Positions 28,372 through 39,355 of a stretch of DNA of 64,000 bases are shown here, one piece after another (position 1 is the first letter of the stretch; every line of letters starts with the position of its first letter). This DNA comes from Candidatus Latescibacterota bacterium (GTDB lineage Bacteria; Latescibacterota; UBA2968; UBA8231). The stretch spans positions 3,072,001 through 3,136,000 of the forward strand of contig CBDFJF010000002.1 in NCBI GenBank assembly GCA_965248265.1, in the 5' to 3' direction. The notes under the pieces are model-generated. The model was not told the origin of the DNA, searched no databases, and saw only the letters and a program-made list of their open reading frames with translations. The position numbers and the translations under genes were made by a program.

Positions 28372-31300
28372 ATGCCGAAACGAACAGACATACAACGAAT
28401 CATGTTGATCGGTTCTGGACCGATCGTCATCGGCCAGGCCTGTGAGTTCGATTACTCCGGTACCCAGGCCTGTAAAGCCCTGCGGGAAGAGGGCTATGAG
28501 ATTGTGCTCGTCAACAGCAATCCGGCCACGATCATGACGGACCCCGACACAGCGGATCGCACCTATATCGAACCGATAACGGCAGCTGTCTGTGAGAAGA
28601 TCATCGAACGCGAGCGTCCGCAGGCCATCCTTCCAACGGTGGGTGGCCAGACGGGGCTCAACACCGCGGTCGAATTGGCGAAAGGCGGCGTGTTGGAGCG
28701 CTACGGAGTCGAGCTCATCGGAGCCCAGTTGGACGCCATCGAGACGGCGGAAGACCGCGAGCTATTCAAGAAGGCCATGGACGATATCGGCCTGGAGATG
28801 CCGTCCGGCTTCTTCGTCCACTCATTCGAACAAGCCGAAGAGAAACAGAAATCGCTGGGGTTTCCGGTGATCGCGCGGCCCTCCTTTACTCTCGGGGGAT
28901 CGGGTGGAGGCATCGCCTACAACAGTGAAGAGTTCGAGCGCGTCGTACGTCACGGTCTCGATTTGAGTCCGATATCTGAGATCTTGATCGAGACCTCCGT
29001 GATCGGTTGGAAGGAGTACGAGCTCGAAGTGATGCGCGATCTCAACGACAACGTCGTCATCATCTGCTCCATCGAAAACATCGATCCGATGGGTGTGCAC
29101 ACCGGTGACAGCATTACCGTGGCGCCGGCGCAGACGCTCAGCGACAAGGAATATCAGGTCATGCGCGACGCGGCCATCCGGGTCATCAGGCGCATCGGCG
29201 TGGACACCGGGGGATCGAACATTCAATTCGCCGTCGATCCCAAAAGCGGTCGCATGGTCGTCATCGAGATGAATCCGAGGGTGTCGCGTTCATCTGCGCT
29301 GGCTTCCAAAGCGACCGGCTTCCCGATAGCCAAGATCGCCGCCAAGTTGGCCGTCGGCTACACCTTGGATGAGATTCCCAACGACATTACCCGCGAGACG
29401 CCCGCTTCCTTCGAACCCACGATCGATTACGTCGTCACCAAGATCCCACGATTCGCTTTCGAGAAATTCCCCGAGACCCCGGATGCGCTCGACACCCAGA
29501 TGAGGTCGGTGGGTGAGACGATGGCCATCGGGAGGACCTTCCACGAGTCCTTCCAGAAGGGGATGAGATCTCTGGAAGTCGGCAGTGCCGGCTGGGGTGG
29601 AGATGGAAAGGAACCCGATCCTACTCGAGTCTCAGACAAAGAGCTGCGTGAAAAGCTGGTGACACCGACCTCACAACGTCTGCTCTACGTCAAAACCGCC
29701 ATGGTCAAGGGGTTTTCGATCGAAGAGATCTACAAGCTGTCGGGTATCGATCCCTGGTTCCTGGATCGGATGTACGAAATCTACGAAGTAGAGCGCGAAC
29801 TCACAGACGCGGCCGATGTCCTGGAGAACCCGGAGCTCTTGCGCCGGGCCAAGCGTCACGGATTCAGCGACCGGCAGCTGGCATTCCTGTGTGACCGGGA
29901 GGAGCGTGAGGTGCGTCAGAGCCGCGAGGCACTGGGTGTCCACCCCGTCTTCAAGACCGTGGACACCTGCGCGGCAGAATTCGAAGCCTTCACGCCGTAC
30001 CACTACTCGACGTATGAACGCGAGACCGAATCCGTGTCCAGTGATCGTGAGAAAATCATGATCCTGGGCGGCGGTCCCAATCGCATCGGCCAGGGTATTG
30101 AGTTCGACTACTGCTGCGTCCACGCCTGCTTCGCGCTGCGCGAAGATGGGCTTGAGACGATCATGGTCAACAGCAACCCAGAGACGGTGAGCACGGATTA
30201 CGATACAGCGGACAAGCTCTACTTCGAGCCACTGACGGTCGAAGACGTCCTCAACATCACCCGCATCGAGCAACCTGATGGCGTCATTGTCCAGTTCGGT
30301 GGCCAGACGCCCTTGAACCTGGCGCTGCAACTGGAGGGAGCCGGGGTCAAGATTATCGGCACCTCACCCCAGAGCATCGACCTGGCGGAGGATCGCGAAC
30401 GCTTCGGAAATCTTCTCATCGACCTCGGTATCCGCCAGCCGGAAAATGGCATGGCTCGCGACCTGGACGAGGCCCGGCAGATCACAGACCGCATCGGATA
30501 CCCTGTGCTGGTGCGGCCTTCCTACGTCTTGGGTGGACGCGCCATGGTGACCGTCTACGACGCGGCGAAACTCGAAACCTACATGGAGACGGCCATCTCG
30601 GTTTCTCCAGAACATCCAGTGCTAATCGACCGCTTCCTGGAAGGGGCACAGGAGTTTGATGTCGACGCGGTCGCCGACGGCACCGATGTCGTCATCGGCG
30701 GTATCATGCAACATATCGAGCACGCCGGGGTGCATTCCGGTGACAGCGCCTGCGTTATGCCGCCGTATGACATAACCGAAGAGAATCTGAAGCTCCTAAG
30801 TGAGTACACCTGCACGTTGGCACGCACGCTGGACGTGGTCGGATTGATGAACGTGCAATACGCCATCCACGATGGCATCATTTACGTGTTGGAGGTCAAC
30901 CCCAGGGCTTCACGAACGGTTCCGTTTGTCAGCAAGGCGACGGGTCGTCCGCTCGCCAAGATCGCTGCCAGGGCCATGACGGGTAAGAGTCTTAGCTCGC
31001 AAGGCGTCACGGACACCATGGTACCTGAACACATCTCGGTTAAGGAAGCGGTGTTACCATTCAACAAGTTCCCGGGTGCCGATGGCATCTTGGGCCCGGA
31101 AATGAAATCGACGGGTGAGGTGATGGGTATGGGTTCGAGTTTCGGCGAGGCCTTCCACAAGGCACAGATGGGGGCTGGATCTTCATTGCCCACCAGTGGA
31201 CGGGTGTTCATCAGCGTCAACGACAGCGACAAGGAGGGTGTGGTGCCCATCGCCCGGCAGCTCAAGGAGTCGGGTTTCGATCTTGTCGCGACGCAGGGGA

Positions 31301-31593
31301 CTCTTGACTTCCTGGCAACGCACAGCATCACTGCGGAGCGGATCCTCAAGCTTCATGAGGGCCGTCCACACGTCGAGGACGCGATCAAAAGTCATGACAT
31401 CGACCTAGTAGTGAACTCTCCATTGGATGAGCAGTCACAATATGACGATGTCGCCGTGCGTCGCGCGGCCATCATGAACGGCATCCCCTACACGACCACC
31501 CTGTCCGCTGCGCGAGCTGCTGCCGCTGGGATTGCCGCCTTACAGAGCTCGGAGTTGAGCGTGCGTGCTGTCCAGGACTACCACGCCGGCTGA
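28372..31593 (+). CDS. carB: Carbamoyl-phosphate synthase large subunit
   Basis: MPKRTDI…[17 protein letters not shown], duplicated ATP-grasp domains and a C-terminal MGS-like domain. Confidence 0.99.
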   Translation: MPKRTDIQRIMLIGSGPIVIGQACEFDYSGTQACKALREEGYEIVLVNSNPATIMTDPDTADRTYIEPITAAVCEKIIERERPQAILPTVGGQTGLNTAVELAKGGVLERYGVELIGAQLDAIETAEDRELFKKAMDDIGLEMPSGFFVHSFEQAEEKQKSLGFPVIARPSFTLGGSGGGIAYNSEEFERVVRHGLDLSPISEILIETSVIGWKEYELEVMRDLNDNVVIICSIENIDPMGVHTGDSITVAPAQTLSDKEYQVMRDAAIRVIRRIGVDTGGSNIQFAVDPKSGRMVVIEMNPRVSRSSALASKATGFPIAKIAAKLAVGYTLDEIPNDITRETPASFEPTIDYVVTKIPRFAFEKFPETPDALDTQMRSVGETMAIGRTFHESFQKGMRSLEVGSAGWGGDGKEPDPTRVSDKELREKLVTPTSQRLLYVKTAMVKGFSIEEIYKLSGIDPWFLDRMYEIYEVERELTDAADVLENPELLRRAKRHGFSDRQLAFLCDREEREVRQSREALGVHPVFKTVDTCAAEFEAFTPYHYSTYERETESVSSDREKIMILGGGPNRIGQGIEFDYCCVHACFALREDGLETIMVNSNPETVSTDYDTADKLYFEPLTVEDVLNITRIEQPDGVIVQFGGQTPLNLALQLEGAGVKIIGTSPQSIDLAEDRERFGNLLIDLGIRQPENGMARDLDEARQITDRIGYPVLVRPSYVLGGRAMVTVYDAAKLETYMETAISVSPEHPVLIDRFLEGAQEFDVDAVADGTDVVIGGIMQHIEHAGVHSGDSACVMPPYDITEENLKLLSEYTCTLARTLDVVGLMNVQYAIHDGIIYVLEVNPRASRTVPFVSKATGRPLAKIAARAMTGKSLSSQGVTDTMVPEHISVKEAVLPFNKFPGADGILGPEMKSTGEVMGMGSSFGEAFHKAQMGAGSSLPTSGRVFISVNDSDKEGVVPIARQLKESGFDLVATQGTLDFLATHSITAERILKLHEGRPHVEDAIKSHDIDLVVNSPLDEQSQYDDVAVRRAAIMNGIPYTTTLSAARAAAAGIAALQSSELSVRAVQDYHAG

Positions 31594-31627
31594 GTTTCGG
31601 GCAATCTCCGACCACAGGTTCTAGCAT

Positions 31628-34600
31628 ATGGGGCGACGACGACCCTTCTTCTGCTCAAATCGGGCTCTCTTCATGTGGGCATTGTGCTCTTTGAGCTTCG
31701 CCTCGTGCGTTTACTTCAATACCTATTACAACGCTCAGAAGTATTTTCGCCAGGCAGAAAAAGCTCGGCTGGAGGAGGAAGAGACGACCCGGGGAAGCCG
31801 CCGCAACAGCCAGATCGGCGGCCGTAAATCCCCGATTGGAGAGCAGGCAACCAGCACCAGACGGTCTCAAGGTCGGGGTAGACGGCCCGCATCCTCGGCT
31901 AAGCTCTACGAGAAGGCGGTCGAAAAGGCCTCAGCGGTTCTGGAAGAGTACAAGGACAGCGATCTCATAGATGATGCCATGTTTCTGGCTGGTCGGGCAC
32001 TCTACTGGCAACGAGACTACCGCTTCGCGGCGCAGTCATTTCAAGACCTCGAGACGCACTTCCCGCAAAGCCAGTACTTCGATGAGGCCATGTATTGGCG
32101 GGGGCTTTGCCTTGAGGCACAAAGTGAGTACGGAGAGGCGGCTGCGGTGTACCGTTCCCTGCTCAGCACGGCGGGACCGCAGACAGCGGCCAAGGCGGGT
32201 TTCAGGATAGGAGAAATCGCCTATCAAGAAGGCAACCACCCGCTTGCCATACAGGAATACTCCGCCACGCTCGAGAGCTTTCCGAAAACGGATCTACGCG
32301 CTGAGTTGTGGCTGCGCATCGGCGAGACGCATGTCGAACTGACGGATCAGACCAGGTTGGATTCGGCCCTGGTGGCGTTTGATCGAGTGCTCGTGGAAAG
32401 CCCTTCCGACGAGATCGCCTATTGGGCAAGGTTGAATCGGGGCCTCGTGCTTCAGGAGATGGGTGATACCGAGGCGGCACGCGAGGCCTATCTGAAACTG
32501 CTCAAGGAGGGGAAGTACCGGTTGTTCGAGGGGAAGACCCGGATCGTGTTGGGACAATACTACCAGGTCGAGGATCAACTCAGCGCAGCCCTCGAACAGT
32601 ACGAGAAGGTACGCGATGACTTCCCGCAGACTGAGTCTTCGGCCATGGCACTCTACCGCACTGGCCAGTTGTATCTGCAGGAATACAGTGATCGTACACG
32701 CGCGGAGGAGTATTTTCGCGAAGTGGCCGTGGAGAAGAGTAACTCTGAGGGCAACGCACTTGCGAAGCAGATCCTCGCGGACCTGACACAGCTCGCGCGT
32801 ACTCAGCGCAAGATTCATCGTGCGGACTCGCTCGCCACCGCGCGCGCATCGCGCAAAAAAGTCCCACGAACGCTGCCAGATACGGATGCGCCAGCCATCG
32901 TGACGGCGGCGCAGGACAGTGCCAGCATCAGTGTTAGCATGGTATCGGTGGATACTACCTCACAGCTCACGACGCACCTGTCTGGCGAGGAGAGTGCGGC
33001 ACGGTTGCGACAGGCCCTCGAGGCCGATGACGAGGAGTGGGAGGAGGAGTACGAAGAAGCACCAGACAGCCTCGCCCCTCGGCCCAGAAGGGCCGCGACG
33101 AGTGCCGCAGACACGTCGATAGAGCGCGCCTTTTTCACGGTCGCCGAAATCTACCGGGAGCGGCTTGTGGCTGCCGATTCCGCCGCGTACTACTACGAAG
33201 AGATTATCAGGCGGTTTCCCTCTTCTCGCGAAGTGCCTCGAGCGATGTACAATCTCGCCTGGATCCGTCTGGAGATGCAGAACGACATGGAGCAGGCGCG
33301 ACCCGCGCTGCAGAGCCTGGTTGATGGCTACCCACAAACCGTGCATGCCAACGCCGCGCGAGGTCTTCTGGAACTCCCCGCTGACATCACCGACGAAGAT
33401 CTCGCCGTCGAAGCGTTCCGCCGTATCGAAGCGATTCGAACGGAGGATGTTAGCCAGATCGACGTTTACCTGCCGCTACTCGACAGTCTCGAGGTGCGCT
33501 ATCCCGATGCTGACACGGCCGTCAAATCCGCTTTTTTGGCTGCCTGGAGCTTGGAGAACGTCGCTGGAGACAGCACCGAGGCCGAGCGCCGGTTTGATGA
33601 CATTGTCCTCAAATACCCCAGCTCGCGTTATGCTGCTTTAGGACGAGAGCGTCGCGAGAGTCGCAAGCAGGGCGCGATCGAGAAACTGGCGCGTCAACTC
33701 GCCGTGATGGCGCAGGGGAAGGCTGACGAAAGCCTGCGGGCGATCGCCATCGAGCCGACGAGGGAGGATTCGAATGCACTGGCGCGCAAGTACCTCGGGT
33801 TTGCGCTGAGGGCTCATCGCCGGGACAAGCCGGAAAAAGCCAAAGAGTGGTACGAGTTGAGTCTGGAAGAAAAACATCGGAACGCCCGTGCTCACTACGG
33901 CCTGGGCGAGATCGCCTGGGCAGGTGCCTACTTCGAGGACGCGATGGACTATTTGCGCACCGCGCTACGACAGGAATCCGGATTCCCCGCCACCTATCAC
34001 CACTTGTTCGCCTACCATCTGCAGCAGTCGCGGGAGGATTCGGCGAATCACTATCTTCGACAAATCATAAAACGCGACCGCGACAACATGGCTGCGCAGG
34101 CCCTCGTCGACGAATTCCCAGCGCTCCAAACACGAGATGAGCGGTTGGACCGATCTGAGATGGAGGAAATCGACCTGGAACTGCCGCTGGACCGCTTCAA
34201 GGCTCCCCCCGATCTGTTGCAGCTAAAAGAGGAGCCGTTCGTCCGTTACAGGGTGGACTCGAACCCCCAACCTGGCCTGCTCGACTCGGCCACTGTCGTC
34301 GTCGATGTGCTGGTCAGCCGGGCCGGTCTCCCCGACGTCGTGGAGGTTTTCGAGGGTCCGGATGATCTCCACGAGGAAGCAATGGCCATCGCCAAGCAGT
34401 TCCTGTTCTATCCCGCCGAAGACAATCGAGGGCGCAATCCCAAGGTCTGGGTTGAGCTGGAGATTCCATTTCGCCCGGTCGACGGGAAAGACGCCGGTTC
34501 TACGGATACCACGGCTACTTCGACACCGCAGGTTGCTACTGGTTTGATGCCCGACGACCCCTTGTCGCCCGACTCCTCCAGAGTGCACGGAGTGCACTCC

Positions 34601-34630
34601 GTGCACTCGGCTGCGGGAGACAGCCTGTGA
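31628..34630 (+). CDS. Large TPR lipoprotein with a C-terminal TonB-C-like domain
   Basis: Lipobox FASC followed by VYFNTYYNA, many BamD/CpoB-like TPRs (FPQSQYFDEAMY), and C-terminal VVVDVLVSRAG…FLFYPA…VWVELEIPF. Confidence 0.7.
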   Translation: MGRRRPFFCSNRALFMWALCSLSFASCVYFNTYYNAQKYFRQAEKARLEEEETTRGSRRNSQIGGRKSPIGEQATSTRRSQGRGRRPASSAKLYEKAVEKASAVLEEYKDSDLIDDAMFLAGRALYWQRDYRFAAQSFQDLETHFPQSQYFDEAMYWRGLCLEAQSEYGEAAAVYRSLLSTAGPQTAAKAGFRIGEIAYQEGNHPLAIQEYSATLESFPKTDLRAELWLRIGETHVELTDQTRLDSALVAFDRVLVESPSDEIAYWARLNRGLVLQEMGDTEAAREAYLKLLKEGKYRLFEGKTRIVLGQYYQVEDQLSAALEQYEKVRDDFPQTESSAMALYRTGQLYLQEYSDRTRAEEYFREVAVEKSNSEGNALAKQILADLTQLARTQRKIHRADSLATARASRKKVPRTLPDTDAPAIVTAAQDSASISVSMVSVDTTSQLTTHLSGEESAARLRQALEADDEEWEEEYEEAPDSLAPRPRRAATSAADTSIERAFFTVAEIYRERLVAADSAAYYYEEIIRRFPSSREVPRAMYNLAWIRLEMQNDMEQARPALQSLVDGYPQTVHANAARGLLELPADITDEDLAVEAFRRIEAIRTEDVSQIDVYLPLLDSLEVRYPDADTAVKSAFLAAWSLENVAGDSTEAERRFDDIVLKYPSSRYAALGRERRESRKQGAIEKLARQLAVMAQGKADESLRAIAIEPTREDSNALARKYLGFALRAHRRDKPEKAKEWYELSLEEKHRNARAHYGLGEIAWAGAYFEDAMDYLRTALRQESGFPATYHHLFAYHLQQSREDSANHYLRQIIKRDRDNMAAQALVDEFPALQTRDERLDRSEMEEIDLELPLDRFKAPPDLLQLKEEPFVRYRVDSNPQPGLLDSATVVVDVLVSRAGLPDVVEVFEGPDDLHEEAMAIAKQFLFYPAEDNRGRNPKVWVELEIPFRPVDGKDAGSTDTTATSTPQVATGLMPDDPLSPDSSRVHGVHSVHSAAGDSL
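34581..34608. repeat. Perfect 28-bp palindrome within the CDS tail
   Basis: GAGTGCACGGAGTGCACTCCGTGCACTC equals its own reverse complement. Confidence 0.95.
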
Positions 34631-35469
34631 CCGGTGTCCCGGCGGGGACTCCCGATCCTCAAGACGAGGATGCCCCCGTTCATGGCACGGATGAGCTGGC
34701 AGACGCCGTGTTCGTGACCCGCCTCGTGAGTCCGGTCATAGCATGCAACGTGCAGCCCGGTCAGTTCGTCCAACTCCGGGTTCGAGATGAGGCCATGCCG
34801 CTCTTGCGCATTCCGTTGAGTGTCGCGGGCGTGGACAAATCGAGGGGAATCATCGATGTCATCTATGAAGCGGTCGGTCCCAAGACAAGGGTGTTGAGTC
34901 GACTCGGCGAGGCAGAATCGGTCGCCTGTCTGGGTCCCCTCGGGAATAGCTTTCCGGATCCCCAACCAGGACAGGAGGTGGTACTGATCGGGGGAGGAGT
35001 CGGGTTGCCACCGTTGCTTTTTTACGGGCACACACTCACCGGTGGTGGTCACGAGGCTGGAGTGGATCTCCTGGTCGGCGCGCGCACGGCGACCAAGCAC
35101 CTCTCCCTGGACTACCTGGAGTCGGCGGCCTCGTCCGTCGCCATCGCCACGGACGACGGCTCGGCCGGTCATGCGGGTCTCGTCACTGAGCTGCTGGAGC
35201 AGAGGCTGGCTGCTGCCACGACAAGCAACATCGTCGTCTATACGTGTGGCCCACACCCGATGATGCGCGCGGTCGCGTCGATTTGTGCGAACTCGGACGT
35301 GCCCTGCTTTGCGTCGCTAGAGGAGTACATGGCCTGTGGTTATGGCGTCTGTGTGGGATGCGTCGTCGAGACCCAAGCGCCTGCTCACCATCGATCCGAG
35401 TACGAGCGCTACAGCCGAATTTGCGTGGATGGACCGGTGTACGATGCGGCTCGGGTCCTCTGGGACTGA
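34627..35469 (+). CDS. pyrK: Dihydroorotate dehydrogenase electron-transfer subunit
   Basis: PGQFV, GPLGN, GGGVG, CGPHPM, MACGYGVCVGC…RICVDGPV. Confidence 0.93.
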   Translation: MTGVPAGTPDPQDEDAPVHGTDELADAVFVTRLVSPVIACNVQPGQFVQLRVRDEAMPLLRIPLSVAGVDKSRGIIDVIYEAVGPKTRVLSRLGEAESVACLGPLGNSFPDPQPGQEVVLIGGGVGLPPLLFYGHTLTGGGHEAGVDLLVGARTATKHLSLDYLESAASSVAIATDDGSAGHAGLVTELLEQRLAAATTSNIVVYTCGPHPMMRAVASICANSDVPCFASLEEYMACGYGVCVGCVVETQAPAHHRSEYERYSRICVDGPVYDAARVLWD

Positions 35470-35483
35470 ATGGGAGGCTGGTT

Positions 35484-36395
35484 GTGGTTGATCTGGCGAT
35501 AGATTTCGCTGGCATTCCTCTGCGCAACCCCGTTCTGCTGGCTTCGGGTACGTGCGGCTACGGAGAGGAACTCGAGCCGTTCGTGGCCATGTCGTCTTTG
35601 GGTGGGATCGTGACCAAGACGATTACACCTGAACCCAGGTCCGGAACCCCCCCGCCGCGAATCGTCGAAACCGCTGCCGGCATGCTCAACGCCATCGGCT
35701 TGCAGAATCCCGGCTTGGAGGGGTTCATGCATGACAAATGGCCGTACCTGTCACGGCTGGACACGCAAGTGATCGTCAATATCGCCGCCCCCACGGCCAA
35801 GCAGCACGGCGAGATGGCTGCAGCGCTCGAGGGACTGGAAGGAATCGCGGCCCTGGAGGTCAACATCTCGTCGCCAAACATGAAAGACGGAGGCATGTTG
35901 TTCGGCTGCAGCGCGCAGGCATCCCGTTCAGTGATGGAAGAAGTGCGTCGTGCCACGGAGCTGCCCGTGATCGCCAAGTTGACTCCGAATGTCACCGACG
36001 TCGTCGAAATCGCACAAGCCGTTCAGGACGGGGGAGCGGACGGTATCTCCATGATCAACACGCTGGTCGGCATGGCAGTGGACCTCGACCAACGCCGATC
36101 CGTGCTGACCAACGTGACTGGTGGGTTGTCGGGGCCGGCCATCAAGCCGGTGGCTCTGGCGCTGACCTGGAAGGTCCACCAGGCGATCGATTTGCCAATC
36201 ATGGGGATCGGCGGGATCGCCAATGCCGACGACGCACTGGAGTTCATTCTCGTGGGGGCCAGCGCCGTTCAGGTCGGTACCGCCAGCTTCAGCGTTCCCG
36301 ATGCAGGGGCTCATGTAGCTGCCGGCCTGGCCGAGTACTGTGCCCGCAACAACATCGACGACATAGAGTCGCTCGTGGGTACGCTTGAGGTGTGA
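35484..36395 (+). CDS. pyrD: Dihydroorotate dehydrogenase B, catalytic subunit (family 1B)
   Basis: NPVLLASGT, NAIGLQNPG, NISSPN, KLTPNVTD, GGLSGPAIKP. GTG start with GGAGG RBS. Confidence 0.95.
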   Translation: MVDLAIDFAGIPLRNPVLLASGTCGYGEELEPFVAMSSLGGIVTKTITPEPRSGTPPPRIVETAAGMLNAIGLQNPGLEGFMHDKWPYLSRLDTQVIVNIAAPTAKQHGEMAAALEGLEGIAALEVNISSPNMKDGGMLFGCSAQASRSVMEEVRRATELPVIAKLTPNVTDVVEIAQAVQDGGADGISMINTLVGMAVDLDQRRSVLTNVTGGLSGPAIKPVALALTWKVHQAIDLPIMGIGGIANADDALEFILVGASAVQVGTASFSVPDAGAHVAAGLAEYCARNNIDDIESLVGTLEV

Positions 36396-36398
36396 TCG

Positions 36399-36938
36399 AT
36401 GGGTGCCAGCCGCAATCGAGCAGGTCTGCTGTGGGCGGTCCTCGTTCTCAGTCTGCCATCTCTCAGTCAGTGTGTACCCAGCCCCATATACAAGTCCCAG
36501 GGAAAAACCCCTTCTCGACCGGCGAAGTCCGGACAAGGGCAAGCATCAGCGAGACCTGCGACCGTGAACTCAACGCCCGCGGATGGCCGGCCGGCATCTG
36601 CTCACGCGGTTGACGTAGAGGGTCTCGACACCAGCAACGCCTATCAGATCGGCGTCGCCTCCTACTACGGCAAGAAGTTTCACAAGCGTCCCACAGCGAG
36701 CGGCGAAATCTTCAACATGTACAAGCTCACGGCTGCCCACCGGGTGCTGCCGTTGGGTACGGTTGTGCGGGTAACCAATCTGTCCAACGGCCGTTGGGTC
36801 GAGGTCAAGGTCAATGATCGCGGTCCGTTCATCGAAGGCCGGATCCTCGACCTTTCCTTTGCCGCCGCCCTTGAACTGGAGATGGTGGAGCCAGGTACGA
36901 CCAACGTCATGATTGAGATTCTCAAGACCGCCAAATAG
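36399..36938 (+). CDS. rlpA: RlpA-family septal lytic transglycosylase (likely lipoprotein)
   Basis: GVASYYG…TASGE…TAAHRVLP…NDRGPF…DLS. Confidence 0.88.
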   Translation: MGASRNRAGLLWAVLVLSLPSLSQCVPSPIYKSQGKTPSRPAKSGQGQASARPATVNSTPADGRPASAHAVDVEGLDTSNAYQIGVASYYGKKFHKRPTASGEIFNMYKLTAAHRVLPLGTVVRVTNLSNGRWVEVKVNDRGPFIEGRILDLSFAAALELEMVEPGTTNVMIEILKTAK

Positions 36939-36954
36939 GCGAAGGCACGGGCTC

Positions 36955-37623
36955 TTACTCCATCAGCATCGGGACGAAGCGGACGGGGAGAAGCTCAGTC
37001 TCCCGCAGGATGCCACCATAGTCCGAACGGTGAATGAGAAGGAGTTTTTGGTGCCGGACTCCCACAGGCAAGATCATTCTACCGCCAGGCGCCAGCTGCG
37101 CCACGAGGGACTTGGGTACTGCCGATGCTGCCGCCGACCCGATGACTACGTCAAACTCCGAATCCGTATCCGGCCAGCCTTTCGAACCATTCCCGGAATG
37201 GAAGGCGACGTTTGAGTAACCGAGCCCCAGCAGCATCCGTCGTGCCGATTCAGCCAGAGGTGTGTGGTACTCGATCGTCGAGACGGATCGCACGATCTCA
37301 GCAACCAGGGCCGTCTGGTATCCCGATCCGGTGCCGATCTCCAGGGCGGAATCAGTTTCTCGCAAGCGCAGTTTCTGCAACATATAGGCGACGACGTAGG
37401 GCTGGGACACCGTTTGGCCGCAGGGGATCGGTATCGGATGATCTCCGTAGGCGTACGAGGGTTTTTCGTCCTCAACAAAACGGTGGCGTGGAACGCTGCG
37501 AAAGGCCTGCAACACCGCTTCGTCGACGATGCCGCGGTGTGCGAGTTGCGATTGAACCATGACCTCGCGTTCGCGGTGGAAACCATCATCGCCTGCTGGA
37601 CTTTTCCGAAGGTTGAAGGGCAT
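36955..37623 (-). CDS. pcm: Protein-L-isoaspartate O-methyltransferase
   Basis: VPRHRFV, GQTVSQP, LEIGTGSGYQ, VRFVPM. Confidence 0.93.
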   Translation of the reverse strand: MPFNLRKSPAGDDGFHREREVMVQSQLAHRGIVDEAVLQAFRSVPRHRFVEDEKPSYAYGDHPIPIPCGQTVSQPYVVAYMLQKLRLRETDSALEIGTGSGYQTALVAEIVRSVSTIEYHTPLAESARRMLLGLGYSNVAFHSGNGSKGWPDTDSEFDVVIGSAAASAVPKSLVAQLAPGGRMILPVGVRHQKLLLIHRSDYGGILRETELLPVRFVPMLME

Positions 37624-37642
37624 GGCGGCTTCCGCTAAGTCC

Positions 37643-38572
37643 CTATCGATCTGAAAGCATCGACAAGACAGCCTTGCGCACGGCAGCAATTTCTAGGATC
37701 TCCATCCTTCCATCAGGGGCGCGCACAACGTGTGAATGCGGTGCCAGCGGTCGCCAGATCGCCGGAATCGTCGGGCCAAACAGGGTGACCGTAGGCGTTC
37801 CCACGGCCGCTGCCACGTGCGCAGGACCCGAGTCGTTACCGACGAACAGATCCGCGGCGGCGGTCAGTCCGATGAGGTCAGACAGGCTATCCTGGAGGAT
37901 CAATGGCACCTCTGAGGTCGGATTGATCTGGGAGCCGGCGTCGATTTCAGCTGGTCCGCAGATCATGGTACAGGACAGTCCATCTGCCGTCAGTTGCTTC
38001 GCCAACGCCTGGTAGGACTGGAGGGGCCAGCGTTTGTCAGCACCTCCACTGCCCGGATGGAGCAGGACTACGGGCTGCCCATTACTTCGTTCAGAAAACA
38101 TGGTCTGACCGCGTGCGCGCTCGGATTCAGACAATTGGATGGAAGGTATCTTCGTCGATACCGCCAGGCCCGCCTGCCGCAGGGGTTCCAGGAGATGTTC
38201 GACAATGTGGCGGTTCTCATTCGCCGGACGTGGGTCCCAGCGCAGCAGATCTCCGGAGCAGAGGGATTCGAGGTTGCGCACCAGGGCACTGTCACATGCC
38301 TGGGGGGTGTAGGCGAGGACGAGATCTGCCCTTGTCAGCAGTTGGCCAGGCGGTGACCTATCGTCCGCGTCTGCGTCGTCAGCGAACAGCCAGGTGCAAG
38401 CGGCACTGCCCTGGTCGACGAAAACCTCGGGCATGGCCAGGCGCTGCAGATACGGTGACCCGATGACGCCAAGTTGAGCCATGGGCGAGGCTCCGGTCAG
38501 GCTGTGGACTGCTGGCAACGTCACCACGCCGTCACCGAGCGCGCCGCCACGAACGACTACGATTCTTTCCAT
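37643..38572 (-). CDS. Glycosyltransferase family 9 (heptosyltransferase-like)
   Basis: GALGD, HPGSGG…KRWP, GNDSGPAHVAAAVG, LFGPT. Confidence 0.88.
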   Translation of the reverse strand: MERIVVVRGGALGDGVVTLPAVHSLTGASPMAQLGVIGSPYLQRLAMPEVFVDQGSAACTWLFADDADADDRSPPGQLLTRADLVLAYTPQACDSALVRNLESLCSGDLLRWDPRPANENRHIVEHLLEPLRQAGLAVSTKIPSIQLSESERARGQTMFSERSNGQPVVLLHPGSGGADKRWPLQSYQALAKQLTADGLSCTMICGPAEIDAGSQINPTSEVPLILQDSLSDLIGLTAAADLFVGNDSGPAHVAAAVGTPTVTLFGPTIPAIWRPLAPHSHVVRAPDGRMEILEIAAVRKAVLSMLSDR

Positions 38573-38601
38573 TCAGATGATCTCTGGACGGTGGGTCATT
38601 C

Positions 38602-38630
38602 TTGCCAAATTCATCCGCGGCACGTATTTT
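38602..38630 (+). promoter_or_regulatory. Sigma70-like promoter of rplC
   Basis: TTGCCA-N17-TATTTT. Confidence 0.45.
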
Positions 38631-38704
38631 CATGTCCTCCTGTTTGGTTCCCAACACTCTGTACTTATAGAAATCATAAGATCACGGCGGATCACGGCTG
38701 GAAC

Positions 38705-39325
38705 ATGGCTGGACTCATAGGCAAAAAACTGGGTATGACCCAGTTGTACAACGAAAAAGAGGAACTCACGCCTGTAACCGTGGTAGCGGCTGGCCCCTGT
38801 CCGGTGGTCAGCGTACGCACACTAGAAAAAAACGGCTACAGTGCGGTACAATTGGCGTTCGACGAAGTTGCCCCGCGCAAGGTAAACAAGCCTGTGGCCG
38901 GACAGTTTGAAAAGGCCGGCGTGAAGCCTCATCGTGTGTTGCGAGAGTTTCGTTCGAATGAGGACGTCGATGTCGAGGCCGGCCAGGTGATGGACGCAAG
39001 CCAGTTCGAGGTCGGCGAGAAGGTCAAGGTCACCGGCAAGTCCAAGGGCAAGGGGTTCGCAGGTGTCGTCAAGCGCTACCATTTTCGTGGCAAGAAAGAG
39101 ACCCATGGAACTCCGGATCGTGTCCGTCATGGCGGCTCCATCGGCCAGGGAACCACACCGGGAAAGGTGTGGAAGGGGAAGAAGATGCCCGGACAAATGG
39201 GCAACGAGGTCGTGACGACAAAGGGGTTGACCATCGTGCGGGTGGACGCCGAACGCAATCTGCTCTTCATAAAAGGGGCTGTGCCCGGAGCGACGAACAG
39301 CGTCGTCACGGTTCGCAAGCAGTAA
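38705..39325 (+). CDS. rplC: 50S ribosomal protein L3, stand-alone
   Basis: GLIGKKLGMTQ, GYSAVQ, SKGKGFAGVVKR, GKKMPGQMG, KGAVPG. Confidence 0.98.
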   Translation: MAGLIGKKLGMTQLYNEKEELTPVTVVAAGPCPVVSVRTLEKNGYSAVQLAFDEVAPRKVNKPVAGQFEKAGVKPHRVLREFRSNEDVDVEAGQVMDASQFEVGEKVKVTGKSKGKGFAGVVKRYHFRGKKETHGTPDRVRHGGSIGQGTTPGKVWKGKKMPGQMGNEVVTTKGLTIVRVDAERNLLFIKGAVPGATNSVVTVRKQ

Positions 39326-39355
39326 AAAGTGTGTTAGCCCCTTCGGGGTGAGTAG

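Noticed and set aside
35244-35483. Long N-terminal extensions in the ORF track (pyrD here; also rplC, zapA, sbcD, Ldh_2, GT2, uvrB)
   Set aside because: They are artefacts of choosing the most upstream start. Homology, and in several cases RBS or promoter position, supports the shorter starts.
35850-35885. NISSPN instead of NxSCPN in PyrD as evidence of inactivation
   Set aside because: Ser serves as the catalytic base in other dihydroorotate dehydrogenase classes. The gene is otherwise intact and adjacent to pyrK.
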